From positions 6,312 to 70,311 of the forward strand of contig CAWCQH010000012.1 in the NCBI GenBank assembly GCA_963797585.1: DNA of 64,000 nucleotides, in the 5' to 3' direction. This DNA comes from an uncultured Acidobacteriota bacterium. GTDB taxonomy: Bacteria; Acidobacteriota; Terriglobia; Acidiferrales; UBA7541. A program made the translations under genes and the position numbers. Numbering within the stretch: position 1 is the first letter of the stretch; each line of letters opens with the position of its first letter. Positions 39,901 to 50,488 of this stretch are shown here, piece by piece. The notes under the pieces were generated by a model. That model was given only the letters and a program-made list of their open reading frames with translations. It did not search any database and had not been told where the DNA came from.

Positions 39901-41968
39901 CGTTCAACCGACTGCGCAGCTCCGCTTCCGGTAGCCGTACCGAAAGCATGCCGCCGGACGGAATCTCCTGCATCATGCGCCCGCGCTCGGCCACCAGGCC
40001 AAGAGCATCTTCCAGCGAGAAAACACCGGCAATGCAAGCCGCGACAAACTCGCCGATGCTGTGACCCAGCATGGCTTGCGGCCGAATTCCCCAGCTCATC
40101 CATAGCTGAGCGAGCGCGTACTCGATCGTGAAAATCGCGGGCTGGGCAATGATGGTGTCCGTGACGCGGCTCTTGTCCGCATCCGAGGCGCCTTCCGGCG
40201 GATACAGCAGCGAGCGAAGATCCGCATCCAGGAAGGGCTGCAGTATTTCCGCGCACCGGTCAACCGCGGCGCGAAACACCGGCTCAGAATCGTAAATCTC
40301 CCGGCCCATATTGAGGTGTTGCGATCCCTGCCCCGGAAACAGAAAACACACGGAACTGTTTTCTTTAGGGTTCAACCGCGTCCGCACGCGCCTACGATCG
40401 CACTTTACGAGCGCGTCGACCGCGTCCGCACCGTCGCGCGCCACCACCACACGCCGGCAGGCAAACGCGCGGCGCCCGGTTTGAAGCGTCCAGGCGACAT
40501 CAGCGAGATCTGCTTCGGGATTCGATCTCAAGTATTCGGCGAGATTTTCCGTCGCACGATCGAGAGCCGCTTCCGATCGCGCCGATAGCGGCAACAGATG
40601 TAAGCGCAGCGACGAAGGATCGGTCGCGCGCTCGGGAGCCTGTTCCAGCACAACATGCGCATTCGTGCCGCCCACGCCAAAGGCACTCACGCCCGCTCGC
40701 CGCGGACTTTCGCCGGAGTTCCAGATCGCGCGGCGGGAGTTTACGTAAAACGGGCTATTCGCAAGGTCGAATTGTGGATTCGGCCTCGTGTAATGCAGGG
40801 TAGGAGGAAACACCCCATGGCGAACGATGTGCGCCGCATGGATCAGCCCGGTCACCCCAGCCGCGATGTCGAGATGACCCACGTTCGTCTTGGCCGTACC
40901 CACCGCGCAACAATTCTTCCTGCCGCCGCGCGCCCCAAACGCCTGAGCTAGCGCCGCAAGCTCGATCGGATCGCCCAGCGGAGTCGCCGTGCCATGCGCT
41001 TCGATATATCCGATGGTCTCCGGTTCCACGCCGGCGGCAGCCTGCGCCAGCGCAATAACCCTCGACTGCCCTTCGACGCTCGGCGCCGTGTAACCCACCT
41101 TCGCCGACCCGTCGTTATTCGCCGCAAAACCTCGAATCACCGCGTAGATCTGGTCTCCGTCGCGGACCGCATCCTCGCAGCGCTTCAGCAGCACAACGCC
41201 CACACCGCTCCCGAATACAGTTCCCTGGGCCGCCGCGTCAAACGTGCGGCAGTGGCCGTCCGGTGAAACCATTCCGCCGTCTTGATAATAAGAGCCGCGC
41301 TTCTGCGGAAAAGTGATCGAGCTTCCGCCGGCCAGCGCCATGTCGCTTTGATACGTCAGCAACGACTGGCACGCCTGCGTCACCGCGAGCAATGAGGTCG
41401 AGCAACCCGCCTGCATCGTGAACGCCGGACCGCGCAGGTTCAGCTTGTAAGCCACGCGTGTGGCCAGAAAGTCGAGGTTGTTCCCCATCATCTCGGGGTA
41501 GTTCCCCACCTGATAGGCGCCCGTGAACGACTCGATGAAGGCGGGATTCTTGCAAATCTGCGAGAGGAAATACGTGCTCGTGCTGCATCCCGCGTAGACG
41601 CCGATGGCCCCCGGGTAAGCGCCGGGGTCGTAGCCCGCATCTTCGAATGCCTGCCAGCAGCATTCCAAAAACAGCCGCTGCTGCGGGTCGATCAATTCCG
41701 CTTCACGCGGGTAAATCCCAAAAAATTCCGGATCGAACTGGTCGACATCATCGAGAATCGACCGCGCCCGGACGTAATTCGGATCACGCGCGAGTTCCGC
41801 AGCCCCCGCCACTTCGAGCTCTTCCACTGTGAAGTGCGAGATGGACTCTACGCCATCGAGCTGATTGCGCCAGAACTCCGCGACGGACCGCGCCCCGGGG
41901 AAGCGCCCCGCCATGCCAATGATGGCGACTCCTTCCAGTGGTGGTTCGGAGGTATCGCGTGCGCTCAT
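33938..41968 (-). pseudogene. hybrid PKS-NRPS, KS-AT-ACP-aminotransferase-C-A-PCP, interrupted about 6 times as assembled
   Basis: Fragment 39314..41968 holds KS (GCSTS, EAHGTATPLGD, KTNVGH) and AT (GHSIGE, HAFH). Fragment 38602..39411 holds ACP (GFDSL). Fragments 38274..38792, 37478..38551 and 37084..37518 hold a class-III PLP aminotransferase (CNTGSEAV, ATYGK). Fragment 35022..37187 holds C (HHIVCDGWS) and the first half of A (YTSGSTGKPKG). Fragment 33938..35389 holds the second half of A (FDIS, NMYGPTE, PNGKIDR) and PCP (GADSL). The ATG at 41968 overlaps the upstream stop (ATGA). Confidence 0.85.
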
Positions 41969-43941
41969 GAGGCGCCCTCCGAGTGTCGCTGGCGCTCGCG
42001 GGCAAAAGCATCGCGTTGCTTTTGCGCCTGATGCCGCACCTCTGAAAACGAGGGAGCAGCCAGCCCCGCCTTGCTCAGATGAGCGGCAAGAGTGCGGATG
42101 GTGGCGAACTCAAAGAGGTCGGTAATGGGAATTTCAAGCAGCAGGGCCTTCTGAAGATTCGCATGGACCGCCAGCAGCAACAGCGAATCGCCTCCCAGAT
42201 CGAAGAAATTATCGTCCAGCCCAGCGCGTTCCACACGCAGTACTCGCTTCCACACATCGGCAATTTGCGCCTCGAACTGGGTTACCGTTCCTCCTCCCAT
42301 TGTTTCATCCCCGCCCAATACGGGTGGAGGCAACGCGGTTCGGTCAACTTTTCCGTTGGGGGAAAGCGGCAAGCGTTCCATGCGAACGAACAACGCCGGC
42401 ACCATGTGCGCGGGCACCTTGCCGGAAAGAAATTGCTTCAATTCTTTGCCGTTAGCTCGCGATTGTCCGCCGTCGTGAAATAACACACCAGGCGTTTCGA
42501 GCCGTCGTCTGCGGTATGCGGCGCCACGCAAGCCTGGTTGACGAACTTGTGGGTCCGCAGCGCGATCTCGATTTCGCCGGGCTCGATGCGGTAGCCGTGG
42601 ATTTTCATCTGGTTGTCGATCCGGCCAAGAAACTCGACAACGCCGTCATCCCGCCACCGTGCCAGGTCGCCTGTTCGGTACATCCGCGCGCCAGGCTCGT
42701 CTGAAAACGGATCGCGCACAAATTTCTCGGCCGTCTTCGCCAGGTCTTTCAAATAACCGCGCGCCACGCCATCGCCACCGGCATAGAGTTCGCCGGGGGT
42801 TTGTCCGCCCACGGGCCGCAAACTTTCATCGAGGATGTAAACGCGCGTGTTCGAGACAGGCCTGCCGATCGGCACCGATTCAGGCACTGGATCGCCCTTC
42901 CTCATCACGTGGCAACAGGTAAATGTTGTGTTCTCGGTTGGTCCGTAGCCATTGATCACGGTGCAATCCGGCAAGTTCTCAAGCACCCTACGAACGTGGC
43001 GCGAGGAAAGAACATCGCCGCCGGCCAGAAGCTGCCGGATCGGGCGCAAATCCTCCAGCCTTTGCTCGACCATCAGATTGAACAGTCCGGAGGTGAGCCA
43101 CAGTGTCGTGATCCCGTGTTCCCGAATCGCGCGGCCCAAATCTTCCAGCGAGGCCGTTTGCGGAGGCATCACTACGAGCTTTCCGCCATTCAGGAGCGGT
43201 CCCCAGATTTCCAGCGTGGAGGCATCGAAAGACACCGGCGCAAACTGGAGGAAAACCTCCTCGGGCCCAAACTTGCAGAAGTTCGTATTCCGAACCAGGC
43301 GCACCACCGCCCGGTTTTCAACCATCACGCCTTTCGGCTGGCCGGTCGAACCCGAGGTGTACATCACATAAGCCAGATCGGTGGCCGCACCCATCGAACC
43401 CGTATCGGCACGTTGCGGGGTGCCGTCGCCGTGCGTCGCCATTTCGTCAGCACATAGAACTACGACATTCCGGTCCGGCGAATGTTCCGGCGATTGACCG
43501 CTGGCATAAAATCACGGGCGTGGCCGTTTCGGCGAGCATGTAATCCAGGCGGTCTTGCGGATAAGAAGATTCAAGCGGCACATAAGCCCCGCCCGCTTTC
43601 AGAATTCCCAGGAATGCGACGATCATTTCAGGGGAACGATCGAGGCAGCATCCCACCATCGTTTCGCGGGCCACGCCCAAAGACCGCAACCGCGCCGCCA
43701 GTTGGTTCGCACGGCTGTTCAACTCCGAGTAGCTCAGTTGCCGCGACCCGCAGACCACGGCAACGCGATCGGGATTCCGCCCGGCGACTTCCTCGAACAG
43801 CTGTGCAATCGTCTTATCGCGAGGGTAGTCCGTCCGTTCCCCGGCCCACGATTTGTCGCTGTGCGTCCACGCAGAAACAACGGCGGGACCAACCTCGTCC
43901 CGCTGCGGGAAAGTCGCCCGATTGTGAAGGGGAAGTGTCAT
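41965..43941 (-). pseudogene. NRPS loading didomain A-PCP, interrupted twice as assembled
   Basis: Fragments are 43447..43941 (A N-terminus: LSYSELNSRANQLA, LKAGGAYVPL), 42438..43442 (LAYVMYTSGSTGQPKG, FDAS, NGYGPTE, YRTGD) and 41965..42531 (PNGKVDR, PCP DLGGDSLL). One-nt discontinuities lie at about 43468 and 42445. Confidence 0.8.
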
Positions 43942-43954
43942 AGCAGTGCGAAGA

Positions 43955-45571
43955 CTAGGGCAGCAAAATCTCCTTCTCTCCAAACAGCCGCTCGGCAACG
44001 ATCCCACGAGAGCGGCACGCCTCAATCAGACGGTCGGACTGGATAATCGGATTCGATTTGTCCGTGTACTTAATGCTCATTATATAATTAAGCCACGGCT
44101 CCTGTCCCATCGCATAGACATAGACTTCCCTGCAATGCAACTGATTCACAATGGCCATCGCGCGCTCGTAATTCGACCCCGCCAAGCGCCGCGACTGGTC
44201 CTTCGGCCGTTCCAGCCGCTGCGTGAGCAGCGGTCCGTAGATCCAGGACATGGGGGCGCCGTCGCATTCCATTCCCACAAACAACACATCCACGTCCCCA
44301 ACTTGTTCGTGGATGTGCTCGTACAGTTTCGGCGCGATGTTGCAGGAATCCGCCGCAAACAACAGCGTGTGGGCGCCCACGCGCAGGTGGTACGCGGACT
44401 TGGTAAGCACGTTCAAATCGCCGTGTTCGCCGAGAAACGGAATGGCCGTGATCGCGCCGCCCTCGAAGTCGATCTCTTCCATTTCGGCCAGCTCAATGAC
44501 ATTTCGAAAGCCGCACTGCTTCAGGAGCAGTTTCAGCGAGGGGTCCTGTAGCGCGCCCCCTCCGTTGCGGGGCACCACGATGTTGCGAATACGGTGCCGC
44601 AATTGAAGCAGCGTTTCAAAGAGGATGTGGTCCTGATGGTTGTGCGTGATCAGGACGTAATCGATCACCTCGGGGAGATCTTCATACGTGTACCGCGAAA
44701 CACTATTCTCGTATGTGTAGCTGAGCACCGGATCCATCAGCACGCTTACGTTCTTGGTCTCGAGAAGGATGCAGGCGTGCCCGAAATAGCGCCACCGCGC
44801 GCCCTGCCCTTTATATTTTGCGTACGGGCGGGGCGGCTCGTGAGTCAGGAATGACCGAAAACGATTCGCATCCTCGTCATTCAGACCCAGCGTCTCGCGC
44901 ACCAAATCGAAGGAGGCCGGCTTATTCTTCATGCGAAAGAGCTTGTCGATCCGCTCGCTCGAGAAAGGAATCTGCAAGTGCACCGAGCTTCCCTTGTCCA
45001 GCCGCGGCGTGCTCAACACAAAAGGCCGCTCGTCGCCGGTGACCTCTGAGAACATCAGGCTCTGCAGCGATTCGTCGTACGCCTTGCTCTTGTAAAGAAG
45101 CGGTTCGATCAGGCGGAAGGATGGGTGATTGTTCAAGTCGTAGGTCAGTTCCACGTAACCCTGAAGGTTTTTCGGCACCTCGTCATAGAGGGCTTCCAGG
45201 CTGTAACCGGTTCCCTTCGTCCGCAGCATCGCGTCAAGCTCTTCAATCGAGCGAGAAAGTTCAACCAGCGTCTGGCGGTCACGCAGCGTGCGATCGCGCA
45301 GCTCCGTCACTTCTTTTACCCGGTTTTCTCCCAGATCCATGAAGGGGCCGCCCAGCAGGGCGGGGTTTCGAACAGCGGTCTGGTGCGCTTCAGGAGACTC
45401 GATATAGGACTCCATTATGCGCAGATGCCGCTCGGTGAGATTTCGTGCCGCGGTCGCAGGAGGGATCAAGTGGGCCCAGGCATACCAACCATCTACAAGG
45501 GGCTCCACAAGCACGTTCGACCTGAGATAATAGACCCCGTTCTTCATGCCCCTGTTAGCCCTGGACCTCAA
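43955..45571 (-). CDS. MBL-fold protein with ~250-aa N-terminal domain, CmlA-like di-iron beta-hydroxylase candidate
   Basis: 538 aa. ITHNHQDHI is an HxHxDH motif, followed by FLGEHGD and FAADSC. Size and two-domain layout match CmlA-type hydroxylases of PCP-bound amino acids as I remember them. The gene sits immediately upstream of an A-PCP gene (13-nt gap). Confidence 0.5.
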   Translation of the reverse strand: MRSRANRGMKNGVYYLRSNVLVEPLVDGWYAWAHLIPPATAARNLTERHLRIMESYIESPEAHQTAVRNPALLGGPFMDLGENRVKEVTELRDRTLRDRQTLVELSRSIEELDAMLRTKGTGYSLEALYDEVPKNLQGYVELTYDLNNHPSFRLIEPLLYKSKAYDESLQSLMFSEVTGDERPFVLSTPRLDKGSSVHLQIPFSSERIDKLFRMKNKPASFDLVRETLGLNDEDANRFRSFLTHEPPRPYAKYKGQGARWRYFGHACILLETKNVSVLMDPVLSYTYENSVSRYTYEDLPEVIDYVLITHNHQDHILFETLLQLRHRIRNIVVPRNGGGALQDPSLKLLLKQCGFRNVIELAEMEEIDFEGGAITAIPFLGEHGDLNVLTKSAYHLRVGAHTLLFAADSCNIAPKLYEHIHEQVGDVDVLFVGMECDGAPMSWIYGPLLTQRLERPKDQSRRLAGSNYERAMAIVNQLHCREVYVYAMGQEPWLNYIMSIKYTDKSNPIIQSDRLIEACRSRGIVAERLFGEKEILLP

Positions 45572-45948
45572 CAGTGCCCTACTGTTGTAGTGGCTGCAAG
45601 AGTACTAATAGCCTAAACACAATTCCCCGTGCCCTTGAATGCAAGTGCCGGTCCATTTTTGTTTAGCGCATAAACATCTGATTAAAAACGAATTAAACTG
45701 GCATCCGAGCATTTTCCCAAGCGAACATGCCGAAATCGGGGAAATAACGGAAAACTTTTTCTTTCAAATTCCCTTCTCACGATCTTCGTGATCGTCCATC
45801 CGCGCGGACTCGGTTTGAAAGTCCAGGCATGCGTCTCCATTGAGAGAATAGAAACATCGCGTCGCCGCGCGCTTGGAATTGCATACCGGATGGAACACAA
45901 TGAAGGTTCGTGGGGTTCGAGTCCTTAAATCCTTATCAGGAGATTCCA

Positions 45949-47301
45949 TTGAAGATTTCGGTGATTGGCTCGGGTTATGTCGGCTTGGTGACAGGCGGTT
46001 GCCTCGCGGCAATCGGTCATGAAGTGATATGCACCGACAATGACGCCTCAAAAATCAAGATTCTTGAGGATGGAGGCCTCCCTATTTACGAACCTGGCCT
46101 CGAGAAGGTGATAGCCAAGGCCCGCGCCGAGAAGAAGATCAGCTTCAGCGCGAATCTCGCCGACGCCGCCACTCGCGGCGATGCCATCTTCATCTGTGTG
46201 GGAACCCCACCGCTTCCCAACGGGGATGCGGACCTGAGCGCCATCGACCATGTCGCGCGAATGATCGCTACCGAAGCGCGCAGCCCCAAAATCGTCGTCG
46301 AGAAGAGCACCGTGCCGGCTCGCACAGGCCAGGAACTCAAGCGTGCCCTGGGCGTTTATGGACGTAAATCGAACGTGACCTTCAGTGTTGCCTCCAATCC
46401 CGAGTTTCTGCGCGAAGGTACGGCGGTGGAGGATTTCCTCCATCCGGACCGGATCGTTGTCGGCGTGGAAGATGAAAATGCCGAAAAGCAGCTCAAGGAA
46501 ATTTACCGCCCGGTCCTGGAGCAGAGTTTCAAGTGTCTCGTCCATCCGTCCGGCTGCCCGCAGGGACCCAAACCCGCATGGCTCGTAACCACGATCAACA
46601 GCGCTGAGCTCATCAAACACGCCTCCAATTCATTCCTGGCGCTCAAGATTTCCTACGCCAACATGGTGTCGGCGCTCGCTGAGCGGCTGGGAGCGGACAT
46701 CGAAGAAGTGATGCACGCCGTCGGAATGGACCCGCGCATCGGTAAAAGTTTTCTGCGCACAGGATTGGGTTTCGGAGGGTTCTGCCTACCCAAAGACTTG
46801 CAGGCCTTCGTGCACCTGGCCGAGCGTTCCGGCGTGGACTTCACGATGCTTCGGGAAGCGGAAAAGATCAATAAGAAGCAGATCGAACGCTTCTGCGAAA
46901 AAATACGTAAGGCCCTCTGGGTCATCCGCGGCAAACAAATCGGCGTCTTGGGCCTTGCCTTCAAGGCCAACACGGACGATATTCGCTTTGCCCCGGCCAT
47001 CGATTTGATCAACCAACTGTTAGGAGAAGGTGCCCGGATTCGCGCCTATGATCCGGAAGCCATGGACCGGGCGCGCGCCGTGCTGCCTCAGATCGAGTAT
47101 GCGAAGTCTCCTTATGAGGCCGCGGAGGGCTCCGAAGCGCTGCTCATCGCCACTGAGTGGGACGAGTTCAAGAAACTCGATTGGGAGCGCGTTCACGACG
47201 CGATGGATCGCCCATTGATCCTCGACGGCCGTAATATATTGTCCCCCAAGGACATGAAGGCGAGGGGCTTCGAATATCACTGCTTCGGGCGTCCCGCCTG
47301 A
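45949..47301 (+). CDS. ugd: UDP-glucose 6-dehydrogenase
   Basis: KISVIGSGYVGLVTGGCLA Rossmann N-terminus, GFGGFCLPKD catalytic Cys motif. TTG start at 45949 with AGGAG 8 nt upstream. The ORF is open to 45910. Confidence 0.9.
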   Translation: MKISVIGSGYVGLVTGGCLAAIGHEVICTDNDASKIKILEDGGLPIYEPGLEKVIAKARAEKKISFSANLADAATRGDAIFICVGTPPLPNGDADLSAIDHVARMIATEARSPKIVVEKSTVPARTGQELKRALGVYGRKSNVTFSVASNPEFLREGTAVEDFLHPDRIVVGVEDENAEKQLKEIYRPVLEQSFKCLVHPSGCPQGPKPAWLVTTINSAELIKHASNSFLALKISYANMVSALAERLGADIEEVMHAVGMDPRIGKSFLRTGLGFGGFCLPKDLQAFVHLAERSGVDFTMLREAEKINKKQIERFCEKIRKALWVIRGKQIGVLGLAFKANTDDIRFAPAIDLINQLLGEGARIRAYDPEAMDRARAVLPQIEYAKSPYEAAEGSEALLIATEWDEFKKLDWERVHDAMDRPLILDGRNILSPKDMKARGFEYHCFGRPA

Positions 47302-47330
47302 CCTGGAATGCTGCCCATTTTTGAGATGCC

Positions 47331-47381
47331 GCGCGGATGAGTCGGGGAACGTTCTCTCCGACTCATCTCCGCGTGGTTTTT
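47331..47381 (+). terminator. rho-independent terminator candidate downstream of ugd
   Basis: Stem gatgagtcgg (47336-47345) pairs with ccgactcatc (47358-47367) around a 12-nt loop. Extra outer pairs are possible. A ggttttt run follows (47375-47381). Confidence 0.55.
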
Positions 47382-47448
47382 GCACCTTCCCTTAAAACTC
47401 TTCGTCCCGCCGTCACTGCTATAGTTGAGGTTGGAGTCTAACCGCACG

Positions 47449-48900
47449 ATGGATGCTCAAAGACAGGTCGCCGCAGCAATCCTCCTTCTTGGCTGTTGGC
47501 TCCTGCCCTTCCATGCGATGCCGATCGACGCGAATCCTCGACAAGGTCTCGATAACGGGATTGTTTCCGCCGGGCGGAATGAACGAACCTTCTTGATTCT
47601 AACGGATATTCATTTCGATCCTTTTACCGGCACCGATCCGCGCGAAGTCGAAGCCCTCGCGTCCAATCCTGTTGAGAAATGGCCAGGTATTCTCGAATCC
47701 CACGGGGGCCGCGATCTCCCGGCAGCGCCCGCCGTGCCGACCACGCGTTCAGATACGAACTATGCTCTCCTCGTATCTGCACTTGAGGCCGCTCGTGACA
47801 CCGGCACTCCGTATGACTACGTACTCGTAACCGGAGACTACTTAGGGCACGATTTCGAAAAAAAATACCGCGAATTCATGCTGGACAGCCGGGGCTATCA
47901 GGATTTCGTGATCAAGACGATGGTCTTCGTAAACCGCATGATTCAGCAATCCTTCCCAGCCGTCCCGGTTGTGGGAGCGCTGGGGAATAACGATTCAGTA
48001 GTCGGGGACTACGCCGCACCGGGGAAACCGCTCCTGGCGGCGCTTTCGAAAGAATGGAAAGTTGTCGCCGCCAATCCAGACGCCGCCCGGGACTTTCGCC
48101 AAGGTGGTTACTATGCGGTGCCCCATCCTACTGTACCGGGCCAGGAGTTCCTCGTCCTCAACACCACTCTGTGGTCGAGGATTTACACTGGCAGCACATC
48201 TCCAGGTGCCTCCGATGCCGGCGCGCAAGAGATGCGCTGGTTCACATCCCGGCTTGATGGCCTTCGCGCCCGCGGCCACAGAGCAGCCCTTATCATGCAC
48301 CTGCCCCCGGGAATCGATGCTTACGCGTCGTCAAAATCGGGTACATGTTCCACTCCGGCGGCGTTCTGGAAAAAGCCATATCTCGATGCATTCCTCGCAG
48401 CGATCGAAGGCCACAAAGACTCCCTTCGCGACAGCTACGCGGGTCATACTCACATCAATGACTTTCGGGTTCTTTCCGACGCCGCCGGCGCTCCTTATTT
48501 CGCAACGAACATCGCCCCATCGATGAGCCCCGATAGCCACAATCCAGAGTTCGAGATTGGTGTGTACGACACGGCAAACGGCGCACTCGTTGATTACGCG
48601 GTCCTGTATCTAAAGAACTTCGCTGGCTCCGCCTCCCCCACGAAATCCGATTGGGAAAAAGCCTACGATTTCCGCCAGCTCTCAAGTTTTCCGTCCTATA
48701 GTCCGGCGAACCTGCGGACCATCTCTCTATTGATCCGCTCCAGCGAACTTGTCCGCGCAAAACTCCTGGACCTTTTTGCGACGCACGTGTCCGCGGCGAT
48801 CTCGCTTTCCGCGAAAGACTGGCGCCCGTATTCGTGCGCCCAGACGGAAATCACCCCTGGCGCCTTCGTTGCGTGCAGCTGTCCATCAGCAGCCCAATAA
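47449..48900 (+). CDS. secreted calcineurin-like metallophosphoesterase (acid-sphingomyelinase-like layout)
   Basis: Signal-like N-terminus. LILTDIHFD, LVTGDYLGHD, ALGNNDS, IMHLPPG and AGHTHIN are metallophosphatase motifs. ATG at 47449; the ORF is open to 47425. Confidence 0.7.
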   Translation: MDAQRQVAAAILLLGCWLLPFHAMPIDANPRQGLDNGIVSAGRNERTFLILTDIHFDPFTGTDPREVEALASNPVEKWPGILESHGGRDLPAAPAVPTTRSDTNYALLVSALEAARDTGTPYDYVLVTGDYLGHDFEKKYREFMLDSRGYQDFVIKTMVFVNRMIQQSFPAVPVVGALGNNDSVVGDYAAPGKPLLAALSKEWKVVAANPDAARDFRQGGYYAVPHPTVPGQEFLVLNTTLWSRIYTGSTSPGASDAGAQEMRWFTSRLDGLRARGHRAALIMHLPPGIDAYASSKSGTCSTPAAFWKKPYLDAFLAAIEGHKDSLRDSYAGHTHINDFRVLSDAAGAPYFATNIAPSMSPDSHNPEFEIGVYDTANGALVDYAVLYLKNFAGSASPTKSDWEKAYDFRQLSSFPSYSPANLRTISLLIRSSELVRAKLLDLFATHVSAAISLSAKDWRPYSCAQTEITPGAFVACSCPSAAQ

Positions 48901-49043
48901 AGCCTGAAGGCTTCCCTGTTTCACTCCCTTTCCTGCCGTATTCCTTGTAGTTACCCATTAACACGCCCGCCGAATTTGGGCGCTATCCAGCGAAAAGGCT
49001 TGCCGTATCCTGAGTACATCGAATTCAGAGCTAAAGAGGAATC

Positions 49044-50453
49044 ATGTCGAACACGTCAACCGCCAGCGATCTCAACCGCCCCCTCCGCCGAAGCACGCGC
49101 CTGAATGCCGTCGTCCCGATCACGGTGATGGGAGTCGATTCCTACCGCGGCCCTTATCGCGAGGAAGTCTCCACGGTCGCCGTAAGTTGTCACGGCTGCC
49201 GCTACGAATCGAAGCATGACGTCCTCACTAATTCCTGGGTCATGCTGGAACTGAATCCCACGGACCACGGAACAGACACTATCTCCGCCCGCGGCCTCGT
49301 CAAATGGGTAAAGCGCCCGCTCGATGCCAACGGCACTTACGAGACCGCCATCGAGCTCGAAGATCCGGGAAACATCTGGGGCATTGACTCCCCGCCGCAG
49401 GATTGGGTCTCATTCTGTGAATCTCGCTTGAAAGAACCCGCTTCCGCAAAGTCGAAACCGTTTGCCGTTCCAAAACCCGAACCCGCTGCGAAACCCGCCG
49501 CTCCGGAACCGCCCGCCAACGGCGCAGGAGCCGCTCCGGCAATCGCAAAACCCTCTCCGTCCTCCTCCATGGAGCGCCCGGTCGAGCGACTGGTCGGCGA
49601 ATTTCACCAGCAGATGGAAAAAATTCTTTTTGAGGCGGCCGGAGCCGCAGTTCGCGAAAAGGCCACATCCACCCTCGATGACGTTCGTCATGGACTTCGC
49701 GAAGAAGCCAAGGCCGTGCTCACCGAACTCGCTTCCTCTCAGACGGGACCCTGGATCGAGCAATCCCTCAAGCAATTGAACCGGGTCAGCCAGGAAAGCG
49801 CGAAGACGCTTCACGCCGCTTGGACCAGGAGGCTCGATTCCGATATTCGCCGCGCCCTCGAACGCGTGGAGGAACGCAGCAAGGAACTCGATCATCTCGC
49901 GCAGAGCCTCTCCGCCAACGCTCTGGACCGCCTGCAGCGCGGCCTCGAATCGTCGCGAGAAGAAGGCGTGGATCGCATTGTCTCTCGGCTCAAGGAACAG
50001 TCGGCTCCGGTAATCGATCATGCTAAGGAGACGATCGCCGGGCTGGTGCAACAGCGCGAGGAACTCGAAAGGGTGCTCGATCAGGCGCTCTCGAAAGCTA
50101 CGGGGAAAATCGAGGAAGTCTGCTCCGGCTTCGAGACAAAGTTTGAGATGATCGTGCGCGAACGTCTCGATTCCGCCCGCGAAGAACTCCAGAAGACGAT
50201 CCAGGCGGCTATGAGCGCCTCTCTCGACCGCTTCCACTCTTCCGCCCAGCGGCAGGAGGCCGAAGCGCAAGCCCGCCTATACACGGCGCTGGCCCCTATC
50301 GAGGCCGCTCTTGGCGACATCCAAGCGAAAGCCGCGGAGACTACCCGCCGATTCTCTCTCGAATTGGAAAGTCAGAGCCGTGCGCACCTCGAACTCGTCG
50401 GCGCCGCAATTTCCGATGTAGCCAAAGGGATTGGCAAACTTCCGAAGCAATAA
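49044..50453 (+). CDS. PilZ-like domain protein with long coiled-coil C-terminal region
   Basis: RRSTRLNAVVPITVMGVDSYRGPYREEVSTVAVSCHGCRYES carries RxxxR and xxSxxG-type PilZ motifs. The remainder is Ala/Glu/Arg/Leu-rich helical repeats. AGAGGA lies upstream of the ATG. Confidence 0.6.
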   Translation: MSNTSTASDLNRPLRRSTRLNAVVPITVMGVDSYRGPYREEVSTVAVSCHGCRYESKHDVLTNSWVMLELNPTDHGTDTISARGLVKWVKRPLDANGTYETAIELEDPGNIWGIDSPPQDWVSFCESRLKEPASAKSKPFAVPKPEPAAKPAAPEPPANGAGAAPAIAKPSPSSSMERPVERLVGEFHQQMEKILFEAAGAAVREKATSTLDDVRHGLREEAKAVLTELASSQTGPWIEQSLKQLNRVSQESAKTLHAAWTRRLDSDIRRALERVEERSKELDHLAQSLSANALDRLQRGLESSREEGVDRIVSRLKEQSAPVIDHAKETIAGLVQQREELERVLDQALSKATGKIEEVCSGFETKFEMIVRERLDSAREELQKTIQAAMSASLDRFHSSAQRQEAEAQARLYTALAPIEAALGDIQAKAAETTRRFSLELESQSRAHLELVGAAISDVAKGIGKLPKQ

Positions 50454-50488
50454 GCTTGGCCCCTAGGCAGGGGCTCTTGGGACGGCAG

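Noticed and set aside
45905-45935. tRNA-like T-arm (ggggTTCGAGTcctt) upstream of ugd
   Set aside because: Only the T-loop resembles a tRNA. I could not build an acceptor stem, D-arm or anticodon arm from the flanking ~70 nt. The region also overlaps the ugd ribosome-binding region.
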